From positions 73,222,001 through 73,286,000 of the forward strand of contig NC_091474.1 in assembly GCF_036971445.1 (NCBI RefSeq): DNA of 64,000 nucleotides, written 5' to 3'. Positions 48,385 to 61,200 of this stretch are shown in pieces (the first letter of the stretch is position 1; each line of letters starts with the position of its first letter). This DNA is from Narcine bancroftii. Lineage: Eukaryota. The notes under the pieces were generated by a model, which ran no database searches, was not told the origin of the DNA, and saw nothing but the letters and a program-made list of their open reading frames with translations. The position numbers and the translations under genes are program-made.

Positions 48385-48585
48385 GACCCTCTGCCGTAAA
48401 GGAGCAGGGCCATGGACCATCAGCAGCCCCTGACTTTCTGTCGTAAGAGAGCAAGGCCATGGACGATCAGCAGACCCAGACCTTCTGCCGTAAAGGAGGG
48501 CCATGGACCATCAGCGGCCCCTCACCTTCTGCCGTAAAGGAGCAAGGCCACGGACTATCAGTAGCCTTGACCTTCTGCCGTAAAG
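48385..48585 (+). repeat. Minisatellite, ~46-bp unit (GACCTTCTGCCGTAAAGGAGCAAGGCCATGGACCATCAGCAG), about 4.5 copies
   Basis: Tandem units ending 30 bp before the FUT11 ATG. Confidence 0.85.
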
Positions 48586-48615
48586 TATCGCGTTGTGCTG
48601 CTGGCGCCGGCCGCC

Positions 48616-49236
48616 ATGGCGGCCTCTGTGCTGGGCCGCTGGCCGCTGCTGGTCCTCCTCGCCTCGGTGTCGGGCCAGCGGCAGGCCGAGGTGTTCCGGC
48701 CGGCGTCGGCGCTGTCGGAGTTCACGTTCGGCCGGGCGGACGGGCGGCCGGACGCCGAGCTGCCCGTGCTGGCGTGGTGGAGCGAGCAGCTGTTTCCGCA
48801 CCCGCCGCGCCGCGCCCAGCGCATCGACTGCGCCGCCGGCTCCTGCCTGTCGGGCCGCCGCCGCCACGCCCGCCGCGCGAGCGCCCTCATCTTCTACGGC
48901 ACCGACTTCCGAGCGGACGAGGCGCCGCTGCCCCGCCACCGCCGCCAGGCCTGGGCCCTCTTCCATGAGGAGTCGCCCATGAACAACTACGTACTGTCGC
49001 ACGCCGCCGGCATCCGCCTCTTCAACTACACGGCCACCTTCCGCCGCCACTCCGACTACCCGCTCTCCCTGCAATGGCTTCCCGGCCTGCCCTACCTCCT
49101 CCGCCCGCCGAACGCCCTCGCCCACAAGCGCCAGCTCCGCCGCCAGGGCCGCGCCGCCGTCCTCTACCTGCAGTCGCACTGCCAGGTAGCGTCGGACCGC
49201 GACCGCTACGTGCGGCGCCTCATGGACCACCTGCAG
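48616..49236 (+). CDS. FUT11: FUT11 coding exon 1
   Basis: Perfect Kozak GCCGCCATGG, hydrophobic N-terminus, donor CAG|gtgggc, CpG-rich. Confidence 0.95.
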
Positions 49237-52200
49237 GTGGGCTGTCAATCACCGGGGGGACTGTCGATCACCGAGGGGCGGGACCGGGCCGGACAGTCAA
49301 TCACCGGGGGCGTTGCTGGACTGTCAAACATTGGGGCTGGGCGGAGCCGGACTGTCAACCACCAGGGGGCGCGGCCATGCTTACAATCACTAAGGAGCTG
49401 GGCCGGGGATTAACTGAGGGGCGGGGCCTGGAGATCAATCGTTGAGGGGCGGTACCGGTTCGGACAGTCAATCACTAGAGGCGGACCGGTCTGTCAATTA
49501 CCGGGGCTGGGCAGAGCTAGACTGTCAATCACAAAGGGCAGGGCCGGACTGTCAATCAGCGGGCCTGGGCGGGTCCGGAATGTCAACCACCGGGGCGGGA
49601 TCGGTCTGTCAATCACCGCGGGGCGGTGCAGGACTGTCATTCAGTCGGGGTGGGCGAGGTTGGAATGATAACCACCGGGGGCGGGATCGGGCTGTCAATC
49701 ATGGGCGGTCCTGCTTGTTATAGCCGGGTGTGGTGTTCCGCTATCACGACGGCGGTGTATGCATGAGGATACAGGGGTGGATGGGTGGCGGGGTCCCCTC
49801 AAATTCCCGGTAATGTTTTAAGTAGCGTTTTAAATTTGATGCATAGAGATGAATTCGTTTCCAGGTTTAAATAGAGATGTATTTGTCTTTTGGTATCGGA
49901 AATGCTCCATCTCAGCCCATTTCCGAGTCCGACATCCCTGTCAAGATGCATCAAACTTATCCAAATCTAATTCCGCGAGTGTTCTTGGGGAAAAGGGGCA
50001 GAGAACGAGGGAAACCAGGTGGTTGCTCTCCACGTTTACAGCAGGGGGCAGCACAGTCCACGGGCTGGGAGCTGGCGACACCAACCGGGTTTCAGACTGG
50101 GCTCAGGTTGAACTGGGCAATGCAGACTCTCATTCACTGGTACTCCTTTCCACTCACATCCCACTTTCAGTCATCCCTATGCCATCGGTGCTCTGTGAGG
50201 GATTGCTTAAGGGGGGATGTGGGTGGAAAGAAAAAGTTTGCAAGCCACTGTTTTAATCATACCTCATTGACTTGTTATGTGCATTGTTTCAGATCTCCAA
50301 AGGAAATTACAATTTTTCTCAAGCAAAATATTTCAATACAGATTCTCAACCTTCCCTTCCCACTCACATCCCACCTTACTAATCACAGAGCACCGATGGC
50401 TTGGGGATTGTTTAAAGCGGGATGTGATTGGAGAGAAAAAGGTTGAGAACCACTGCTTTCATTGTAGTGCAGACACAAAAGTGCTAGAGAAACTCAGCAG
50501 ATGTTGCAACATCTATAGGAAGTGAAGAGATTGAGCCCTCTGAACTCTCACCCAAAGTTTAAAAAAATCAGCACTCTTTTTATCCTAACAATTAACATTT
50601 TTCAAAATCTGTGTAGGAGTTTGCATTTTTGTTAAGAAAGCCTTTGACCAATATTTAATCCTCTTCTCTCTTTCACCCACAGATTGACTCCTATGGCCAG
50701 TGTCTGCAGAACAAAGAGCTGCCCAGCGAGCGGCTTGTGGACACTCTAACAGCCACAACTGAAGATTCAGAGTTCATGGATTTCATTAGCACCTACAAGT
50801 TCCATCTTGCCATGGAGAATGCGATCTGTGATGATTACATGACGGAGAAACTGTGGCGTCCCATGCACTTGGGAGTGGTGCCAATCTATCGCGGTTCCCC
50901 TGTGGTGCAGGACTGGATGCCCAATTCCCACTCTATAATTCTGATCGACGATTTCAAGTCTCCAAAAGACTTGGCAGACTATATTAACTTCCTCGATCAA
51001 AATGATGAGGAGTACATGAAGTATCTTGAGTATAAACAGCCGGGTGGCATCACCAACACTCTCCTGCTGGAGAGTTTAGAAAAGCGGGAGTGGGGAGTGA
51101 ATGACTTCAGCAAGCCCAACTATTTGAATGCATTTGAATGCTACGTATGCGATCAGGAGAATAAGCGCCTACAGGCAGAGAAGGCTCACCAACAGCAGCC
51201 AGATAAGTTTCCACCACCAGCTCCCCGCATAGCTGCCTACAATCACATGGGGTGCCCACTTCCAGAGCCTGGATATGGCAGCTTTGATGAGATACCTGAC
51301 AATGATCGGTAAGTTTGCCATTGTCATGCAGCTTCGGCGACATTTGAAAATTATAACTCCCCTCTTCTGTGAGTCCTATATGCAGTAGAAGTCCAAAAAT
51401 CCGGACCACCCGAGATTCGAAAACTCTCAAACTTTTACAATTTAGCGGACGTGCTTAAGTGCCACAGATGCCCAGTGGCAACAAGTGACTTGAAGAAATG
51501 TTTTGTTCGGCATGGACGCAGTGTGGTCTGCAGGGTGCAGCCTGAAAGTGGTGGAAATGATGTTATAGCAACACTAAAACGCACATTGGAGAACTGCATG
51601 CAGGAAAGTAAGGCTTTGATGTGGAGGATTTCTCTAGCAAAGGGCCAAGCAGGGGCAGTTTGGGCAGAATGTCTTCCCGTACTATATAATTTCTGAGTTT
51701 CTTTCTTTTTCAATGTTTTTATTGAATTTTACATAAAGGAATGATTCATAAAACATATACAAACTGTAATAGAGCAGACAAGCACAATATGGCAGAGAAA
51801 AAACATATTTTTCTAATGCAACAGTATTATTCATAGGTAAATTGAAAAATAGAAACCAGAAAGTTCAGACAATCCCGAAGCAGTCTGGATTTTAGGACTT
51901 CTACTGTCTAATACGTGTAATTCTGAATTTGCACTTTCGGTAGCAGTGACCAAGAAATTACAGAGCCTAAAAATCCTGGTACATTCTGCCTGCTAAGACA
52001 AGTAGTAGCCACAATGCTCACCAGTTTTCCAGAGTAATTTGCATCTGTATTGAAATAGAAAGTTCCATTTTAAAACATGCAGATATTGCATGGCCTGTAA
52101 GGGTCCCAAAATTACATGTACAGACTTCTGATTGAAAATACAAATGCCACTGTATCGGGGAAGGACAGTCACGTGCTGGTTCAGAAACTCCTTGCTAAGA

Positions 52201-55200
52201 ATGAGTTGATCTGCGGCAGTCCATATCCCAATTATGGATGGAGGAAGATCATTTGGGGGGGAAAAAAATCTGCAAACCTTGTGATTATAGTTCCCACAAA
52301 ATTTCTGGAGAAACTCAGCAAGTTTCTTACCTATTAAGGTAAAGACACACGGCCAATGTTCCAGGCCGGAGCCTTTCCTCAAGAAATGAGCTAAAAGCCG
52401 GCAGGCGCCCTGAATAAAATGTTGGGGGGGGGGGGGGTGAGAGCACAGGGTCACAGGCAAGCGGTCATGATGGGAGGGAACAAGAGAAAAAAAAGGCTGT
52501 GGTGATAGGGGGAGGGGATAATATTGCTGGTTCCTTAAAGGTAGCAACTGCAGATCCCACAGCCAGCTGTTGCCGATGTACTTTTCAGTGCTAGATTACT
52601 TATATAATTGAGTAAAAGTAAACATATCAGATCTGACATCCTCAACATTGATCAGCCGTGATCTTATTAGATTCAGGACATGATCAAAAGGCTTCTTCCT
52701 GCTTCTAATTTGTGTCTTTATATTGTTTCTGTTTCAATGACTTCTTTTTGCGCTCTTCCTTTAAACGACCCGAACAAAGAGTGGGATTTTGGGTGGTTAA
52801 CCACCGGAGTGCTGAATTTATTTTGGCATCTGGGGCTGGGGACTGGACGAGACATTAAAGAGTCGGACCCCTCGTGTGACCTCAAATATCTCAAGGCAGT
52901 ATGGCTGCGAGGTATGGAGCAGCAAGGTTCTGATGCCAACAATAAATCCCTCCACCAACACAACTTTAAAAAGATGTCTAATTTTAGATCGTGTTGCTGC
53001 GAGATATTGGTTATTACAGTTCCTACAATACAGCAGTCACCACACATCAAGCACATGTCATGGGCTGTAATATTCAGTGAGATACACACAGGTTGTGAAA
53101 ATTATGATTACAATTTGTATGATATTATTTACAGAAAATTATCAAATCCTTGAAGGATCAGAGGAAATTTACTCAAATGGTGCAGGAATGCTGTATTTTA
53201 CTGAAAACAAAATTTAAGCTGTTCTGTGGAATTGAACTGGTTAAGAAGATGTAAAATAACACAGAAATGCTGGAGGAACTCAGCAGGTCTCGCAGCCTCC
53301 ATTGGAGGTAAAGATACATTACCGATGTTTCCAAGAAGAAGGACTCAGGCCTGAAACGTCAGTAATATATCTTTACCTCCTATGGACACTGAGTTCCTCC
53401 AGCATTTAACTCCAATCACAGTGTCTGCAGTGTCTGTTTATCTCGGTTAGGAAGATGGTCACTCTCATGAACAATTCTGATGGAAGTAAATGGGGAGAAA
53501 CTTCTCAGACATTGATAGCCGGAGGACAATTGGCAAAAGTGCCCGAGGCGACTTGAAGAAATGTTTTGTTTGGCATGGATGCGGTGTGGTCTGCAGGGTG
53601 CAGCCTGAAAGTGGTGGAAGTGATGTTATAGCAACACTAAAACGCACATTGGAGAACTGCATGCAGGAAAGTAAGGCTTTGATGTGGAGGAGCAAAGGGC
53701 CAAGCAGGGGCAGTTTGGGCAGAATGTCTTCTCGTACTATATAATTTCTGAGTTTCTTTCTTTTTCAATGTTTTTATTGAATTTTGCATAAAGGAATGAT
53801 TCATAAAACATATACAAACTGTAATAGAGCAGACAAGCACAATATGGCAGAGAAAAAACATATTTTTCTAATGCAACAGTATTATTCATAGGTAAATTGA
53901 AAAAGAGGAAAAAAAATTAAGTAATCTAAACCCCAAACTGTTCCTCAGTTGCATGGCAAAATAAAACTGCCCGTGGAAATAAACAGAAACGCTGAATCAC
54001 AAAGAACCTGATAAAGGTTCCCATGAGAGGCTGTGAAAATAATTCAAAAAAGGACCCCAAAGATTGGGAAAGTTTTAATTCGAGTCACTTGAGGAACATC
54101 TTATTTTCTCCAAAGTTAAATATCATATCATGTACCCATTGATTATGGGCGGGCGGGACAGCATCTTCCCATCTGATCAAAATAACTGGCAAAGACATTG
54201 AAATGAAGACAATTTCACTACCCTCCATTCAACCATCCCATACAAGGCCACCAATGGGTCTGATGCTATGCATACATTAATAATTATTGATAAAGTACGG
54301 AAAACTTCTTCCCAATACTTGGTATGTGTCGAATAAGACCAAAAGCAGATGAATTAATGATTTGTCCTCATTCTTACGTCTGTCACAGAAAGAGCTAATA
54401 TTAGATTAAATACGAGCTCATTTAACTTTAGACATATAAGCTCTAGGCACAACTTTGAACAGTGAGTGATGGGCACAAAGAGAAAATGTATTAACCAACT
54501 TAAAAATAGAGTTCCAAGAATCATCAGAAATAGAAATGTAGAGGTCCTGCTCCCAGGCCTTTTTAATTTTATCCACTGAAACTTCTTGTGATTTCAGCAG
54601 AACATCATTTATACAATAATTATTAACCTTTTCTGAGATGGTTGGAGATTGTAAATTGTTTCTAACAAATTCATAACAGGAGCTTCTGAGAATTTTGAAG
54701 ATTGAGAATGGAGAAAGTCTGCAAATATCTAGAAAAAAATTAGAATTTGGTAAATTTAAAAGAAAGTTGCTCAAATGTAGCAAGATTATTATCAATAAAT
54801 AAATCACCAAAACATTTAATACAGACATTCCTAAACTTTTTCAGGCTGTCGCCTCAAGGCCACATCCCGACTGCCCAACCCACCACATACAAAGGGGAGG
54901 CCTGTGGCGGCACAGGGGGTAGTGGTGGTGTTGAGTGGGGGGGTTGGGGTTAGTGACGGCAGCGGTGCTGAGCAGGGAGGTAGTGACGCCAGTACAACAT
55001 GGCGGCCACCGAGACCAGCTCTCGCAAGAACGCCTTGTCGCCATTTATTGCTCACGACTGCCCCCACCACCCCAAGTCTGGCCAGAAAATTACTGCACTG
55101 GCTTCTTCATTAAACTTTGCAGCGGACTGAATAATAACAAGATGGAAGGTTCGGGAGGCACCCCCATCCCCTCACCGCCCCCTTGGATCTTTCCACTGCC

Positions 55201-58200
55201 CGCAACGCCCACTTTGGGAATCACTAGTTTAAAACCTATTCCTAAAAAGCAGATTCTGTCAAAGAAGGTTGAAAAAAAATAAATCAATAAAATAGGACAG
55301 CAACCAAATCCTAATTGTATGTTTAATCACGAGATTATCATCCTTTTTACCAATAGGAAAAGGTAGAGTGCTCCAAGTATTGAAACAATAGAAAGTTTCT
55401 GGGTCATATTCAGCTCGAGATCAACCCCAGCGGGGCCACCCGTTTTTACAATCTTAACCAAAATACAACAGCTCAATAATAAAATCTGAGATTGGGTAGA
55501 GGTAAGTCTCCTATCTTATTAACGTTTTGGAGATATTCTTCCTTAAATAAAGACAGTTATTTTTCCAAATGAGTCCAAAAATAAGTTAACAGGGCAAGAA
55601 GGGGTCCCGAAGGGCCTCGGGCACTGAAGGCTTCCTCCCCGTGTCCGAGGTGATTCGAACGCGAGTCTGGGCGGCTGCAAAGGCTGCGGGAGCACTGGAG
55701 GCGAATCCACGGGCAATCGGTCTCTCTGAAAGGACTCTCTGTTGCTTCTCCTTCCTAGTACATTGAGGGCCGCCGCTTTGCCTTACAGTAGGCGGAAGTG
55801 AAAGTATATCACGTACGTAACTTTTTTTTTGTGCATTTTATGTGACAATAAAAGGAACCGTGAACCTTATTTTATCTTTATGTAGATCCATAAGCTGGTT
55901 GCTTCAATGCTTTGTTATTTCCATCAATGTACTGACTACCTTCTCCCGAAATAATAGTTCTTTGGTTAGAGAGTGTAATGGACACGGAAAGTGACTTGGT
56001 TATCTGACCAATATAGAGCAAGGCAATCCTGCAAACAGATCAGACAGAGATCCAAATGGTGATAACAAAGCTGAGTATTGTTTAGCCAGCCATCAACAGG
56101 ATAGAAAATTCTCCCAGTCTTTCAAATCCCTAAAGGTTCAATTATTCCATTCTCCTTTGCTGATCTTGATGTGGCTCCTTTCGCGTTGAAACTGTTCAAA
56201 TGCAATGTCATCACTGAAAATGCAATGATTTTGACAACATTTTAAATGTCATTGATGTGTAGTTGCAGTACATATTGAAGAGAACTTCTGGCTAAGTTAC
56301 TTTACAACCTTTTTTTCCCCCACTCACATACTACCTTAAGTGATCTCTTACTAACCACAGAGCACCTATAAGGTGGTATGTGAGTGGCAAAAAAAAGGTT
56401 AAGAACCACTGAATCTATCTTTTGTATTTATTGTCTCTTTTTAATTCAAAAGATATATACAATCGTCTTTTTTTTAAATGACGTATCTGTTCGGCGGCAA
56501 CAAGTAAAGGATTTGGTCTGTATGATCATTGTATATGACAATAAACTTGTTATTGTGCAAAGGAACTAGGGAGCATTTCTCAAAGGGGAAGTTGGTGAGG
56601 TACTAACTGTGATGCAGATCATGATCTGGAGAATGCCCGTGTGCTAGACAGGATTAGCATAATCCCGCACTGTCTGTAAGGAGTTTGTATGTTCTCCCCA
56701 TGTCTGCGTGGGCTTCCTCCGGGCCCACCTTTCAAAAAATCACACCAACGTAGGTTAATTGGGCAGCTCAGGCTCGTGGGCCGAAAGAGCCTGTTACTGT
56801 GCTGTATGTCTAAATTTAAATTTTAAATTTTGAGATCAAGGAAGGGATAGCACTAAAGTGAATAAAGTGGTCTGATGGGATATTCCCCACGCTACCAAAA
56901 GAAGCAAGTGTCGAGATTACCGGAGTCTTGATTAAAATCTTTGCATCTTCACTGGTAACGGAAGAGGAATGGAGAATAGCCAATGTTGTAGCTTCGTTCA
57001 AGTAGGGAGATGAGGATAATCCAGGGTGTCTATACTGGTAAGCCTCGTGTTGGTGGTTGGCAAACTATGGGAAAGATACTTGGAGATAAGATTTGTCCAA
57101 TGATTTTTTACATGCTCAATTTAGAAATAGAGGGAAGAATCAGAATTTATTGTCGTGAACTTCGTTGTTTTGCGGCAGTGTCACAGTGCAAATATTGCTA
57201 TAAATTACATTTCAAAACACCTTGATCGAATTTGTGTGTTAGTTGATCTCTAGGGTTTCTTGGAAGCCACCTACAAGCGATCAAATGCCCTAAGTGGAAC
57301 AACTTCGTTGAGTATTGCTCAAAGGTGTAATTGGCAAATGCAAAATTTGCTCGATGACTAAATTATGGAATTGGTAGTGAAGGTGAAGAGTTTCAATAGA
57401 GTCCTCAAAATCAAGTTGTCTTCAACGTAACCTTGAGAAACCTGATGGAGAAACCTGACTTCAAAGTTTTAAAGCAGAGCCTGTTTATGATTAAACAGGC
57501 TGATCGATTTTGGTCAGAAGGGATGAACAGGGATAAGAGTTCTCGGGTCTTGTATTTGATAGTTTGCAGTAATATACGGGGGACTGTGTGTTCTGCCGTC
57601 AGCTATGATGGTAGTTTGCTGTCCAAGGTACTCAGGTTATTTTTCCTATCTATCCCTGACGTAGTGCTTGCATCTATTTCACTTGGAATGCCTTGTTACT
57701 GTAATGTGCCTTCTGTACAGTTTTACCTTGATTAGGAAGGAGACTTAATATAAACAGTTTTTAACCCGATAAAGTTGCTATGTAATGAATGCTAAAATAT
57801 ATGACTGCTCTAGAATTTGCCCGTCAGAAGAGTTTTTCCTTTGGTTTAAATGTTTGTGGGTTTTTTTTAGCTTGACTGTATTTATAGGTTTACAACTGTT
57901 AATTTTAGAATTCAAATCCTGGACATGCAGACACTGGAGAATCATCCATTTAACCAGCCAGATTTCATTTCTTTAAAACTTCCATTAAATAAATGGTTCT
58001 AATCTATTGAATTCCTTGCACATAATACCTAGCTTACTCTGTCCAATTTCATTCCTCAAACGAAGAGACCCTGTTATAAAAGAGTTAATTTTGCTATTCT
58101 TTCTCTCCCAAAAAAAGATGATGATTGAATACAGTGAACAATTGTGCTGGTGGAATCCTAGATTCTGACTGATCATTTTCCATTACTCAGGCAGCAGCAA

Positions 58201-61200
58201 ATATATATAATATCTTGGGAGTGAACTTGACTGCACAATCAGGGGTATAGAAGGAATAGAGCAGGGGACTAACCACACAGCCTTGAGGAGCACCTCTGCT
58301 TATGGGTCAACGAGGAGTGGATAGCGTGGCCAATCCACAGAGATTGGGGTCTGTCCATAACCATATAACCGTTTACAGCACGGAAACAGGCCATGTCGGC
58401 CCTTCAAGTCCGTACTGGTTCACTTGAACAACTCCACTAGCTCCTCCACAAACTCCTGAGGAAGTAGATGGTAAACTTTTTAATTTGTAAGTAGGGAAGG
58501 TTCACATTAAAATAACAATAGAAAGTACAGTACGTACATACCTAAGCCAGTAACACAGGAATTTATTATGACTATCAAGACATATATATTATAGGTTATA
58601 CATGTACTGTTTTTAATTTTAAAAAAATATTTAGACATAGAGCACGGTTACAGGCCTGTGAGTCCGAGTCACCCACATATACACCCAATTGACCTACAAC
58701 CCTGGTACATTCTGAACAGTTGGGAGGAAACCAGAGCCTCCAAGGAAAGCCCACGCAGTCACTGCACAAGCACCTTACACACAGCGCAGGATTCGAACCC
58801 CGGTCACTGGCGCTGGAAGAATGTTGACTGGCTGCTAAGCTAACTGTGCCATCCCAGATCAAGCATCTATTGCAAAGGGAGGAGCAGAGACCCAGATCCC
58901 CAAGTTTGATCCCTAGTTTTGCTGGCATAATGGTGTTAATGCTCATCAGCCAGATTTCTGATGGTCTGTGTGGTTCAAAGTCGTGGAGGGCCAGCCAGAT
59001 GGCATTTTTGCTGACCTTTTGTAGTGGTAGGCAAATTGAAGTGGGTTTGGGTCCTTCATGAGGCAGGAGTTGATTTGAGCCATTACCAAACTCTCAAAGC
59101 ACTTCATCGTGGTAGACGTTAAGTTCCACTGGCTAAGTGTTGTTGAGGCTGGACACCCTGCCCTTCCTGGGTGTCCTTTTGAAATAGGTGGGGACCACAG
59201 AACCAAGTTTCCATCCAGGTTTAAGGATGGAACAAGGTACCATTGGGCCAGATGCCTTCCAAAGTTCTTCAAGGTTTTTGTTACGTCAGCCTCGGCGACT
59301 AAGTTGCATTAGTGATTGGATTTTTGTGAACTTCTTTCGCATAGCACGGAGAAACATTGCACTTTCACTGGTTGCATGGAGACTGGTTGAAACTAACAGG
59401 AGAGGAAAGAAAGCAGGTGAATTAATTAAATGTTGAATATTCAATTTAGGAATAAAATACGTTTTTTAGACATAGCACAGAAACAGACTCTTCTGGCCCA
59501 TAAGCCCATGCCACACAATTACACTCAATTGCCCTACAACCCCTGGTACATTTTTGAAAGATGGGAAGGAACTGGAGCCCCCGGAGGAAACCCACACGAA
59601 GATACAGGGAGAACGTACAAACTCCTTAAAGACAGCGCTGGGTTCGAACCCCGTTTGGTGGTGCTGTAACGGCGTGGCGCTAACTGTCCCACCCACTACA
59701 GTTTAATACAGTACTTCCTAATTTCACAATGAGAGATGATCTCAGTTCTGTTTTAATTGTGTGGATTTTTAGTTTATACCAGGATTTAGAATTCTGCTTA
59801 TAACAATCACTCAGCAGATCAAGCAGTATAAATGGAGAGAGAAATTTAAGAAATAAGAGCAGGACTAAGCCCTGCAGCACCTTGAGCCTGTCTTAATGAC
59901 AAACAAATTTAACCTTTCAGATGTGACCTTCCAACAGAACTGAACAGCATCACAGATGCAGCAGGTTTCGCTTGTCAGCTTGCCAAGAAAATAAGTAACC
60001 TGGCCAATCACTGTGACTGAAATCAATATTCCTCCAAATCGCGTCAGTGGATGTTCACATTGAAAGAACACAGACTATAATGATTGCCAAAGGTTAAAGT
60101 GAGTGGGCAGCAATTTTTCTAGACAAGATAAATGTACAAGAGTGCAGTACAAAGTCAGTGTCCTTTAAGCATTATGTGGCACAATCCCGCTGGTTACACT
60201 ATAGCAGAGATACTGCGTGAACAAGTTGGCAGACCAGTATTGAACCCCACAGCCTGCTGGTTGATTAATCGTAATCTGACATCGTCCATTGTTCATATAT
60301 CCAGGAAGTGTTAGAATGATCGCAGGACCAGTGAAACCTGGGAATCTACATACACCAATCTTTGGAAATTGCAATAAAATCGTTAGATAAGATCAAATGA
60401 TGCTTGGTTTCATCAAAGAAATTAAAGTTATGGTTAGGAGTAAAACACGAAAGTCTGCAGTCTGAATTAAAAACATGAAGCTGGAGAAACTCAGCTGGTC
60501 AAACTGTGTCATTAAAATAACAAAGATAAAGATACATAAAATAAAGATGCATAAAATAAAGACACATAAAATAAAGATGCATAAGATAAAGATACAGAAC
60601 CAACATTTTGGCCTTTAGTCCTTCATTAAGGTATCAAAAAGTTATGCTTAGCCTTTATAAATCAAGAATTCTTCCTCAGCTAGAGCATTCATGTTCCTGA
60701 GAAGACAAGGTGGTCAAGGCTACTGACAACCTTCTACAGGAGCTCAATTGAGAGCGTCCTGGCCGGCTGCATCATAGTGTGGTACCGTTACTGCAGAGAA
60801 ATGGATCAGAGGACAATTCACAGGACCATGAGAGGGGCAGAGAGGATCACTGGGGTCTCCATCCCCCACCCTCCATTGATGTGATCTACCAGGATTGTTG
60901 TCTGAGATCACTGAGGACCCCTTCCCCTCTGCACGCAGCATCTTTCAGCTGCTCCCACTGGGAAAGAGATCCAGGAGGATCAGAGCCACAACCACCAGGC
61001 TGAGGAACAGCTTCTTCCCATGGGCAGTGAGAATGCTGAATGACCAAAGGAACTGCTCACACTGACCATCCGAGACTCTCATATTCATTAAACTATTTAT
61101 TTATGTGATTAGATGAAATACCTGTCCTGTATATGTATTGTTTGTCTGTATGTGTGTTATGTCTGGTTGTGTGTCTGCATGTTTTACATTATGCTGTTTT

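Noticed and set aside
48511-49248. 245-aa minus-strand ORF and other overlapping ORFs
   Set aside because: Antisense or alternate-frame shadows of the very GC-rich FUT11 exon 1.
52680-53153. Overlapping 157-aa (+) and 123-aa (-) ORFs in FUT11 intron 2
   Set aside because: No recognisable family and no convincing splice sites; the true last FUT11 exon is at 63857.
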